Assembly: GCA_903884815.1 (NCBI GenBank)
Contig: CAISGE010000002.1
Coordinates: forward strand, 109,955-173,954
Direction: 5' to 3'
From: Candidatus Omnitrophota bacterium
GTDB lineage: Bacteria > Omnitrophota > Omnitrophia > Omnitrophales > Aquincolibacteriaceae
Length of the DNA: 64,000 nucleotides
Positions 58,301-64,000 of this stretch are shown in pieces. Under the pieces are notes generated by a model. It was given only the letters and a program-made list of their open reading frames with translations. It did no database searches and had not been told where the DNA came from. Position 1 is the stretch's first letter. Every line of letters begins with the position of its first letter. Made by a program: the position numbers and the translations under genes.

Positions 58301-59435
58301 GGTTTTCTCCAGAGCTGGCCAGGAAGAGGCCTTTGACGCATTAATGAGAGGGATCGGCTCTTTTGCCTTGAAGGAGCTTTCCGCTTCCGCCGGCGGTGGG
58401 GAAGATGTGAAAAAGGGGAAAGAAAACCGCCTTCGCGAAACTCTTGCGGCTGTGAAAGAACAGGGAAATGTTCGTCTTCATATAGACAAGGAGAGCGGGC
58501 GCCTTGCGGTGGCTGACCTTGGCATAATGCCGTTAAGAGAAAAAAAGCGGGCGCTCATTTTTGGTTTGGGGATCGCCACACAACTCTATGGACAGGTCAC
58601 TAGCGGCGGCACTGTCTTTAACCACTTTCCCGGTTTCTCCGGCCTCGCGTTTCAAGTGGATGCCGAAAGTTCCCGGGTCATCTTCAGCGATCTCCCCATT
58701 GCCGAAAAAACTGCCCTTCCTTCGGGAAACGCCAAGCCCTCGCCAAAGCCGGCGCTCACCGCGGCAGTGGTGGCCGCGACGTTGATTATCTTTCTCGGAA
58801 TATTGCCGTTGGGGGCAGGAGCTTATGCCGCAACGCTTGCCAGGAAAGCCTTCGAAGCGCGAGAAGCCCTGCTCCAGCCGGACCTAAATGCTTTGGTAGC
58901 CCGCGCGCCGAAAGAATCTTTGGCGTTGCTGGCCCCCAAAGCGGATGCGAACTACACGCTCTTTCTGGAGGCGGCTCTGCTGAAGGGGCAGGAGACGATC
59001 GAGCCACTGACTCGTTTGCCTTACAAAGTGGTAGTGGTTTTCAATGAGGTGCAGAAAAAAGAATACATGAATTTCGTTGCTCGGCTTGGCGGCACCAAAA
59101 AGGGATCGTTTGAAATCAGGCTAGGGAAAGTCGAAGAAGTCGTTCGCTTGAGCGTCGGGCGCCCTGTCCAGGAAGACAATGAAGAAAAAATGCAGTTCGC
59201 GTTCGCGGGCTCTGACGAAAAGGTGCTTCGCCATCTAAGGCCGTATGTCGGCAATTTGATTCACGTCGACGGCGAGACCCTCGTTCCGGGAGAATGGCTT
59301 CTGGACGCGTTCCAGAGCCTGTATGTCTTCAATTTAGGGAAAATCCGGAAGGATTTTATCTGGTCGATCGATACCGCGTTGCCGATTCTGCTGGAACAGA
59401 CCCTGGCGATCCAGCGCATCGCTCATGCGGCGTAA
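49350..59435 (+). CDS. Giant protein (3361 aa) of unknown function with an N-terminal signal anchor and at least 6 further internal TM segments.
   Basis: An uninterrupted 10,086-nt ORF in DNA of roughly 56% GC. RBS AGGAAGAGGA. Hydrophobic segments (FFLILVFVW, WIRWILTAFILLF, LLFMAGFALFLASC, FMAWLSWGLGGLGFYFVGWLM, LLALGISIHTLGFGVLTCMLFVVNIGLLLPWI, LTAAVVAATLIIFLGILPLGAGAYAA). I recognise no domain in it. Confidence 0.8.
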   Translation: MKNLRRKSRAKPKEIFHSSAISKRALEFFPRIISFFLILVFVWSQVLPADTAWAFQEMTAGFMKAPAYERIVFPDFARVEWANTSVNVPRGVVYLFQDAHTSLLAQQRITQTLLELRKQGAIDAVLVEGAAGRLTADRFDAHPGLKKTPELIENLEKQGYLHGAAAFYVLRPDTTVEGLETPGLYRENRQAFRDVFAFRDRIDPVTERFKVEWQRWLQGHMDEASRTFFLNAASRHTDAIEPAYFQQLLRMASEKAGISWSIGDQAEWPQLIRVQRMLEIQPRLRMDEARAAFKDLRKILPGSFKEKLDFIQMRIDGGLKGTLVQEDATLYRDFAAQLMTELVKQKRPMLSYGAFYDWLACETFRQEIQAEDLALEIERLEDRIWKAWFQNPEDRGWMALGRLGVLLAKASRLELSRGEVRQFSRALEAKAFEAWIGKFLPEEKETFEKFSSGVLSFYKLAESREQGFVARLSETLEALSSKNARTPHVAVVTGGYHKIGLLNNLKSQGLRVAVVTPVLERVDQNVAYLYRMLETTPEASTLSIVPAAVVGSSELRGLVGDANAERSERRVAKILDEASTPGTPAATVRKAVPTEFRWKSWIRWILTAFILLFSSRGLSQEAPASHKAELAELNRIAGQGFNVNRPPVAERPAMLFTSGRLNSQSFVWGKGLGAGGKNLGELARMNPEARRVAIQALLQNELRGRYLSIGLDIKTSSSSTKATDLIHPSPLMLGFLKLRAATEALEWLLSAAPQNAADEAYAQGWRLEWEAQVKNLEAQAYATVIQIQKLGAKIDLNTRILKLLEISLPQARVREDPKNRLESPGTALNVEMKLRMLQVRTRDLMRQRQTLRAELGFLLGVSAEAISLDSVGRLPVPLLPISWKNNQRENFSNAVLGSIPASLRLRSREMLALGASEAATAEGRRGWFHLPQVRISGLTAEQAGGEAVPGWTPERRKANLEGADQEAALEVAQAQVALQARKGLDGIWMGLDQEQASEEMLAKYWADWQQNSLTFHSSNAVQMNLLGNMQELGGQLIDARVSVSETVVGFVGLGILDPATLGAAPISPNLYSRGSSPRSEVRTWIKTVFQKLPLLFMAGFALFLASCATGPRNVMPPHAAKMEWKAPAAPRHMNIEKYKEPALPLTGGVSDGFYGDLLPPKADAETKARILASTPLAETSKQAKQDAPKEIKVEGPGKNAWDASDTVKTAPEKPAAAPKSETAENAALIKTLLDTAKVLDAYHFQPGETRDALLQGEPIKKFQDALVAAAPLLAGLDFVDDPLHTKNRGSFGKYTYVWLKKVMGDAPQILALTSGTPAETKTAQAPAPKAEEHLSKGKTHETEAQRDEAINKAVAAAASPSTVNPPAMPEKIKTEKTSPAGIPAVAETPTPSAQRKTPLAQTPPKAEDLSGDSDSDFVFEMPEIKMHSAKLGDGPSGGFVIKAFSAGEVRTSDSGGTQTWSIEDPIRANAIKNLFDLLKTDLGQLAGMDSQSWAPYELLMQKLKAAEEKIQLARALQNDEELGHLETGRFVETGHVYAEAGSVNAGDPVIEAFPDSVVGVETTVPLWTLIGHQLHPLINEKPAAILGSIQVLKIDPTGNPEIDPKGGPTAVIHFAAQPADGGSIEKDAEFNVELRFAKTGGIQEGEPVNVELGDSGTLTPAARAQKDVPAPEDGFFKVEGPGHYQGNVHLASRRDGAQVLANESWQSLLSDAQSLVNGAAEMLQRMSDSGVGSDKVQAFQNRVHDLSQILTGIGQSTVRGGNGFFSPDPQATALPAAKGASLGTVYSDSVFIGSKTDPGEMFMVPKGSAKVGDLVRVTGGGEVLTGKVSKIIEEIPAEPRDAYKDLDAVVVEVESPASQIIVWPKGLDLPLFGEILRKIREQSQETSQYSPEGAGFHWIAGPAGFGEECLLASVGKKATGTPSVAPSIGPRSAQLASTDSRPIVTLPDPSSPRVREITAEHSPGRQIEKFNKEKGSMTDPEFRELFERGSVPLVFEMSRFLLAEKHDWAPAMDSLRALSGHAGKDGADVQRAGAIELAIVSVLYQRPANLSSDLMRLKVQSREYPEAQAFIDSVFLYILQKEGIHSQASQAFLGSGYFTLEDMKPVARAARHSADPLYKTLGAQLDTFRRHEAAAREILDLKLTPDVAAATSSVDPTNPFKNLSPEKKRAAHFTQAVRRDDVLMLQSGRLTSDAGLGAAQIDPSTAAQLKQTNTNEASSGSEFKLYPGSSATGATLGEWDTVGLLQRQEMVREWASQGRFYDLTQALRGLGSRQPVLTDMILKTLSASPEGRLALYAAVLNGTVTLPFSQAYLSNLIKDAAQFTDLNQSGTSEEKKDGTLSPRSPRFIYIEALLQSLKKNSADSANSAGSADRNAVLRALAGLVPHGHSLRALEGNLKGVSADTDRILQGVPEEDREGLRKAAINEEGRRAVRAGANAVFKSKHSEALGEARLGSIQTDLGILLADLELSRAGVGSVTASSAGEFIETSLSKWRASESLKDDVRKASGEALGYMNGQARPDFDPKKDYYMGANFMAWLSWGLGGLGFYFVGWLMNMYRLAHKREKLLDSRVEKGLPVHSFPSLEEWRLEFQGQINSSEFVGYENLKDALQRWMNMLATEGPLSAENLAGMRVEAERISRDHKLKLGETMLRRYWHNDRIHNRNMMHMVAELSMLTMERLIHEGAGRSRNSDFIFHRDLALKMLFLKRLLFTMKNLRSNRALNVIEPLLVNDKEIDRISRKLLKHERRGWKYIVRPQWALNWMRGKHNELAFQSLDEYARVAERLGERVDLPGLRTILGEVLDTEKPMQETRLTTDDNDAFNVHRRLKSRMLNLVSRIMGIPGLLALGISIHTLGFGVLTCMLFVVNIGLLLPWINYLAHVIGNMSGAEGRHFTEGILKLQRLKMAFDAASPEEDDATEVDGDEFLPDNIFQFEPDPSGMVPALARVQNSSETGDPGRAESRVPVTLMANSIKTEMKGKKEYWVAVFSRAGQEEAFDALMRGIGSFALKELSASAGGGEDVKKGKENRLRETLAAVKEQGNVRLHIDKESGRLAVADLGIMPLREKKRALIFGLGIATQLYGQVTSGGTVFNHFPGFSGLAFQVDAESSRVIFSDLPIAEKTALPSGNAKPSPKPALTAAVVAATLIIFLGILPLGAGAYAATLARKAFEAREALLQPDLNALVARAPKESLALLAPKADANYTLFLEAALLKGQETIEPLTRLPYKVVVVFNEVQKKEYMNFVARLGGTKKGSFEIRLGKVEEVVRLSVGRPVQEDNEEKMQFAFAGSDEKVLRHLRPYVGNLIHVDGETLVPGEWLLDAFQSLYVFNLGKIRKDFIWSIDTALPILLEQTLAIQRIAHAA

Positions 59436-59495
59436 GGTTTCAGCAGCCCTTCTGGGCAAGAACTTTAAACGCAATTCACAAAAGGAGCCAAGCTT

Positions 59496-59720
59496 ATGAG
59501 CGAAAATGAAAAGATGGTCGTTTTGTTGAGGAATCAAGTGGAGCTGCTCGAAGATCTCGTGGAGGAACTCGAAAAGAAAGAAGCTCTCAGTGTTGAGGAC
59601 TTCTCTTATTGCGAGAGCCGCACAGATGAGATCACCAAGAATCTCCTGAGGGTCAGGCGCTGGGCCTTGGCCGAGATGATCTGCGGAACTCAGTGGCGCC
59701 AGCCCGTCGCAGCGGCGTAG
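59496..59720 (+). CDS. Small hypothetical protein (74 aa), coiled-coil.
   Basis: RBS AAAGGAG upstream. No recognised domain. Confidence 0.4.
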   Translation: MSENEKMVVLLRNQVELLEDLVEELEKKEALSVEDFSYCESRTDEITKNLLRVRRWALAEMICGTQWRQPVAAA

Positions 59721-59834
59721 CAGCGGACTCCCCGGGCTATTTTTCGCTGTCCTAACCCACCCCCTCATTTTCTCTGCGTTAGACTGGAGGAAATTCCCAC
59801 CACACACGTCCAAGCCAAAGTCTTTGAGGTTGCC

Positions 59835-62537
59835 CTAGCGGGGGTGAATTGTTCGGAGGTGTTTGGTGAGGGTGGTTTTTTTGAGCATCGGGTCGTCCAG
59901 GGGTTCCTGGGTCAGGAGCACTGAACTGAGCTCGAACTCTCCGGCGGCGTCGGACACGGCCAGATAGTTGAAGGTTTGTCCCGTGTCCTTGGGAATCTTG
60001 ATCTCGAAGACAGACCAGTCGCTATCCGTGGAAAGCACGACGGGCACTTTCGTCGTGAGCAGCTGATTATCCTCGTATTTGAATTCGATAAAAAAATTGT
60101 TGTTCTTTCCCGACACGTTCCTGGCCCGCAGGTAGATGTAGTTGAATTTTTTTAAATTCGTGTAAGGGATATACCCGCCCCGCCATCCTTGGCCTCCGGA
60201 GAACCGGTAAGAACCCTTTCCCGGATATTTTAAGAACGGAATGCTGCCGTGGCTTAAGCGCCAGTAGCGGATCACTTCGAATTCTTCCGGTCTTTGGAGA
60301 ATATTATCGGTGGGAGCCATCTCGGCTTCCTTGAAGGGATCGGTTCGGGTGAGGAGGATCTTTTCGAGCCGGATTTCTCCCTCCCGTCCGCCGCGCACCA
60401 TGGCGTTGAGAAGATACCTCGGGTCGTGAAGGACCACCGAAATGTAATTCAGGGGCTTGTCGTCCGACTCCGGGATGGGTTTGATGGGCAGTATGAATGT
60501 CTTGGAAAGTCCGTCTTTGGAAAGGACTCCAGGTTGCACGGTATTGACCACGACCGTGGCGAGCGTGATGTCATCGCTTTTGAGTTCGATCTCAAAAATG
60601 CTCGGCGAACTCCGGACGGGGAGCGTGACGGATAAATAACGCATATCCGCGATCCGGACGGCTTTGTCAATATAGGTGCCCCGGAATGCCCACTGGTCAA
60701 AATAGGAGGCGTAGGCGGGGATGTTGTAATAAAAAGTGAAGGGTTTGCCCGGGGCGATATCCATTTCCAGGGTCGGGCGGTCGATAGAATAGACGTTTTT
60801 CCCGTGAAGATGCCCGCTTTGAAGATGTTCCGTGATATTGAAAAAAGGACCCGGGTCGGGCGGCTTTTGAAAGTGGACTTCGAAGGTTCCGGACGTGGGA
60901 GCCGGAAAAGGCTGTGTCGGGAAATAAAGCGGCACGCCCTTTCTTTCGGCGATTATCTGTCGGTATTTAGAATGCAGAAGTTCGGCCAGCTTGATGTCCA
61001 TCGGAATACCTGAATGAGGCACGGTGCGCCGGTGAAGATACTCTTTAATCTCGTCGAGAACGCCGCCGCTTGCGGCCAAAAGGGTCATGCCCTTGGCGTC
61101 CGCCGTGAAAATGTCGGCATAGCCATCGCGCCCTACGGACTCCAGAGCTCCGAACGGAGTAACCATCTTCGGGACTTGATAGAAACGTTCCATCCATGCG
61201 GCTCCCACCGTGGGATTGATCAGCATGCCCATGGAGGTCGCGAAAAAAACCGCCACATCCTCCCGGTCGACCGCCTCTTCGGCGATCGAAGGAAGGCCCA
61301 TCTGGCGATAGATCCCCTTGGGATCATACGCGGTGCTGGAAAAACCCGGGAGTCCAAGGCGGCGGGCATGGTCGGCCTGGGCGTAAAGATAATTTTGATA
61401 AAGCGGGGCGAGGGCGGTTTCCATGAAAGGAATGAAAGCGAGTGCCCAGCTTTCGTGAAAGGAAGCGCGGAAACCTTTCAGGACAGTGATCTTTTCTCCG
61501 GATCCGGTCAGGTATTCGGTGGTCGGAATCCTGAGGCGCTGCCAGGCTTCTTCGGGGATCTGGCCGTGGAGGACGCCCCAGAGCACGGCGAGGGTTCCCT
61601 CGAACATGTCATTCAGATAATAGGTGTCGTCGCCGGTCCACTGCCCGGTTTCAGGATCAAACTGGATCGTTCCGTGGAGCACGCCTTTTTTAGCGTTATA
61701 GAATTTCCTGTAATTTTGGGCGTCCAAGATGATCTGCGCCTCTCTTGCGAGCTCCCGGTCGGGACGGTCCGAGGCGTTCTCAAAAGCGGCGACGATCGCG
61801 GCGAGAGCCCAGGTCATCTGGCCGTTATCAAGCGACGGGATCTTCGTGTTTGCGGGGGCAATGGTTCCGTTCGGGCGGATATCGACCCAAGGAAAGAAGC
61901 CGGCCTGTTCGGGATATTTTTTCTGATAGACCCGGAGGACGTGAAGGCTCAGGTTCAAAAGCCTGCGTGCTTCTTTCGGGGTGATGGAGAGTTTTTGGAA
62001 CCCCTTTTTCTTTTGGATGATCTTCAGAAGAAAAGGGATAGAAAGAGATAGCTTCGAGGCGGCCGTGTAGTGGCCTACCTCGCTTAGCATATTCTCGTCC
62101 AGGCGTATCCGGATATGGTCGTAAGGCAGTCCGGTCTTAGCGTCCAGTCCCGTGCCGGGCTGAAAGTAAAGGGCTTCTGTGGGGATCAGTGTCCCGTTCA
62201 GGAACGAGGCCAAAGCCTCCGGGATTTCTTCCTGTCCTGGATAGCGAAAGAATTCGGGAGGCTCCTGGAGCCGCGCTTCCGGAGAGACCGTTGTTATCGG
62301 GCCCCGCACGACGCGTGCGGCGTCCCGGAGAAGGTCGCGAGGCTCGGGCTGAGTTTTTTGTGGCGGCAGGGGGATCTCCTGAGGGAGCTCAGTCGCGGTG
62401 AAGACGGGTGAAGAGCCTGGATCTGCCGACAGGGGATTCGCGGTCAAAAGAACCAGCGAACACAGTGTTGTCAGGAATACCGACCGGCGCTTTCCGTTCA
62501 CGCGCGGGCTCAGGCATTCTTTCATATAGAGGATCAT
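59835..62537 (-). CDS. Large secreted protein (900 aa) with an N-terminal glucoamylase/DUF3131-like domain and a C-terminal beta-rich region.
   Basis: A signal peptide (…LCSLVLLTANPLSA). The block SLDNGQMTWALAAIVAAFENA resembles the 18619 protein and the glycoamylase family. Confidence 0.5.
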   Translation of the reverse strand: MILYMKECLSPRVNGKRRSVFLTTLCSLVLLTANPLSADPGSSPVFTATELPQEIPLPPQKTQPEPRDLLRDAARVVRGPITTVSPEARLQEPPEFFRYPGQEEIPEALASFLNGTLIPTEALYFQPGTGLDAKTGLPYDHIRIRLDENMLSEVGHYTAASKLSLSIPFLLKIIQKKKGFQKLSITPKEARRLLNLSLHVLRVYQKKYPEQAGFFPWVDIRPNGTIAPANTKIPSLDNGQMTWALAAIVAAFENASDRPDRELAREAQIILDAQNYRKFYNAKKGVLHGTIQFDPETGQWTGDDTYYLNDMFEGTLAVLWGVLHGQIPEEAWQRLRIPTTEYLTGSGEKITVLKGFRASFHESWALAFIPFMETALAPLYQNYLYAQADHARRLGLPGFSSTAYDPKGIYRQMGLPSIAEEAVDREDVAVFFATSMGMLINPTVGAAWMERFYQVPKMVTPFGALESVGRDGYADIFTADAKGMTLLAASGGVLDEIKEYLHRRTVPHSGIPMDIKLAELLHSKYRQIIAERKGVPLYFPTQPFPAPTSGTFEVHFQKPPDPGPFFNITEHLQSGHLHGKNVYSIDRPTLEMDIAPGKPFTFYYNIPAYASYFDQWAFRGTYIDKAVRIADMRYLSVTLPVRSSPSIFEIELKSDDITLATVVVNTVQPGVLSKDGLSKTFILPIKPIPESDDKPLNYISVVLHDPRYLLNAMVRGGREGEIRLEKILLTRTDPFKEAEMAPTDNILQRPEEFEVIRYWRLSHGSIPFLKYPGKGSYRFSGGQGWRGGYIPYTNLKKFNYIYLRARNVSGKNNNFFIEFKYEDNQLLTTKVPVVLSTDSDWSVFEIKIPKDTGQTFNYLAVSDAAGEFELSSVLLTQEPLDDPMLKKTTLTKHLRTIHPR

Positions 62538-62708
62538 GGAGGAGTCTAGCGCTGTGATGTAATGCTTCCGTAATACAGGCGTAAGTGTTTGGAAAATTCC
62601 CTGTAAGCTCCCCTTGTCTCTCTTTTCGGAAAAGAGAAATAGTCGTTCGAATCTTCAGAACAACGTAATAGAATAAACCCATTATGTGATCCAACGAGGG
62701 GCTTTGCT

Positions 62709-63218
62709 ATGAAACTGTATTTTTTACGTCACGGGATGGCTGCCGAGAAAAGCGACAGCGATTATCCTGATGATTCCAAGCGCCCGCTCACGCCGGGAGG
62801 GAAGCGTGAGATGAGGACCATCGCAAGGGGGATGCACCATATGAAGTTCCGGATCGACCGGATTCTTTCCAGTCCCTATCTCCGAGCGAGACAGACCGCG
62901 GAAATCGTCTCCCAGGAAATGAAGACGCCTCTTAAGGTGGAATTTTCGGATCATCTGATCCCCGGCGCTTCATTCCGGGAACTTCTCAAGGAGCTCCGTG
63001 TTTCAGGAAAAGAATTTTCCCGCGTTCTTCTGGTGGGACATGAGCCTTTTCTGAGGCAGAGTTTGTCCCTGATCCTTTCCGGGACCGCGAACGCTTTTCT
63101 CCCGATGAAAAAAGGCGGGGTTTGCAAAGTCAGCATCGACCGCTGGGACGAAATCCCTTGCGCCACTATGAAATGGTTCCTGACCCCTAAGCAGCTCATG
63201 GCGCTCGCGCCGCACTGA
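62709..63218 (+). CDS. sixA: Phosphohistidine phosphatase SixA (histidine phosphatase superfamily).
   Basis: MKLYFLRHGMA...RPLTPGGKREM...LLVGHEPFL. The RHG and H catalytic motifs. Confidence 0.7.
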   Translation: MKLYFLRHGMAAEKSDSDYPDDSKRPLTPGGKREMRTIARGMHHMKFRIDRILSSPYLRARQTAEIVSQEMKTPLKVEFSDHLIPGASFRELLKELRVSGKEFSRVLLVGHEPFLRQSLSLILSGTANAFLPMKKGGVCKVSIDRWDEIPCATMKWFLTPKQLMALAPH

Positions 63219-63374
63219 GAGCCTTTGGCGCGCGAAGTTTTTTATAACTTGTTTGTTTCAAAAGATTTAAAGGTGTTTATCCGAGGGCCAGTTTACCTAG
63301 GTTTTACATGAATTCTCGCGGGATTCGGATTAGAATACGGCCTTAAAGCGTCTCTTCAGGCGTAGGAGAAATCT

Positions 63375-64000
63375 ATGGGGAACAACAAGAAAAGATACCT
63401 GCTTGGGATCGACCTCGGCGGGACCAAGGTTCTGATCGGGATCATGGACAAGAAATTCCGGATCCTGAAACGGGTCAAGCTCGAGATGGACGGGAACAAG
63501 GGCGAAAAATTCTTCTTCAATAATCTCGTGGACGGCATTGAAGAGGTTTTGGAGGAGGCCGGCACGGGACTGAACAATATCTCCATGATCGGGATCGGCT
63601 GTCCCGGGATCATCGATGTTTTTAACGGGGTGGTCAAGATCTCCTCGAACGTCTCTTTCTTCAAGAATTATCCTCTCGTCAAAAAGCTTAAAGCCAAACT
63701 GAAGGTGCCGATCCTTCTTGAGAATGATGCCAACGCGGCACTCTACGGGGAGCAGCAATTCGGAGCCGCTCACGGGTACCGGCAGGTCGTGGGAGCTTTT
63801 CTCGGTACCGGCGTGGGCGGCGCGTTGATACTGAACGGCCATCTTTACAGAGGCATTTCCGGGGGTGCTGGCGAGATCGGGCAGATGCTTGTTTCGATGC
63901 CCTCTTTTTCTGATTTCGAGATTTCCCGCCAAAAGGTCGGCGCCTTGATCGGGCGGAACGCGATCGCGTCAGAGGCCGGATTTCTTTTATTGCGACAAAA
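63375..64000 (+). CDS. ROK family sugar kinase or regulator (glucokinase-like), 3'-truncated at the window edge.
   Basis: RBS AGGAGA. LLGIDLGGTK, ENDANAALYGE and GTGVGGALILNGHLYRGISGGAGEIG ROK signatures. No stop before the window end, so it is absent from the ORF track. Confidence 0.75.
   Translation, partial: MGNNKKRYLLGIDLGGTKVLIGIMDKKFRILKRVKLEMDGNKGEKFFFNNLVDGIEEVLEEAGTGLNNISMIGIGCPGIIDVFNGVVKISSNVSFFKNYPLVKKLKAKLKVPILLENDANAALYGEQQFGAAHGYRQVVGAFLGTGVGGALILNGHLYRGISGGAGEIGQMLVSMPSFSDFEISRQKVGALIGRNAIASEAGFLLLRQ

Noticed and set aside
61014-62051. 345-aa ORF on the plus strand
   Set aside because: It is antisense to the 900-aa secreted protein gene and is Gly/Arg-rich.
1-64000. tRNA, rRNA and tmRNA genes
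   Set aside because: I scanned the intergenic regions by eye for T-arm (GTTCGAATC-like) and acceptor signatures and found none. Coding density leaves no gap longer than 350 nt, apart from the promoter regions described.

Overview
This 64-kb window is a densely coded bacterial chromosome segment with roughly 55-57% GC. It is probably from an uncultivated lineage, and I cannot place it taxonomically from the sequence alone. I found no rRNA, tRNA or CRISPR array.

Gene content from left to right:
- A 5'-truncated secreted Fn3/Ig-like/SGNH-hydrolase protein.
- A c-di-GMP signalling trio: a PAS histidine kinase, a REC-GGDEF-EAL protein and a CheY-like REC.
- A SWIB/MDM2-domain protein.
- Three tandem type IV pilin paralogs that share an identical N-terminus.
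- A small ORF6N-domain gene that appears to have been inserted at the 3' end of comM, because a 45-nt pseudo-copy of the comM C-terminus and stop codon lies on its far side.
- Housekeeping genes: a PAP2-like protein, a LysM plus L,D-transpeptidase and accA.
- A MerR-like gene followed by a FliA (sigma-28) and FlgM pair. A sigma-28-like promoter motif sits upstream of flgM, and a weaker one sits upstream of the pilins.
- glmS, preceded by a leader hairpin with a U-tract.
- The most unusual region, about 22.6-36.3 kb, is a repetitive cassette-like array. It holds three Sec-signal thermonuclease (SNase)-like nucleases, one of them fused to a YhcG/DUF1016-like N-terminus. It also holds two radical SAM/SPASM-type enzymes and more than 15 small membrane, lipo- or secreted proteins, many of them paralogous. 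A junction element of roughly 35-75 nt recurs at least 10 times. This element is the conserved SNase 3' end (...EARENKRGLWK*) and carries the RBS and overlapping start of the next gene. Two copies are orphan 3' fragments. Frameshifted gene copies and near-identical tandem duplicates are also present. Together these point to active recombination and cassette shuffling.
- An Old Yellow Enzyme family reductase, two paralogous GT-C-like multi-pass membrane proteins, a DUF2203-like protein, a DUF4139/4140 protein and gapN.
- A DUF47 plus PitA pair next to a PhoB/PhoR two-component pair.
- A single 10,086-nt ORF (49350-59435) encoding a 3361-aa multi-transmembrane protein with no domain I recognise. 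Two pairs of TTTACA direct repeats with 11-bp periodicity (Pho-box-like) precede it.
- A small ORF, a 900-aa secreted glucoamylase/DUF3131-like protein, sixA and a 3'-truncated ROK kinase.
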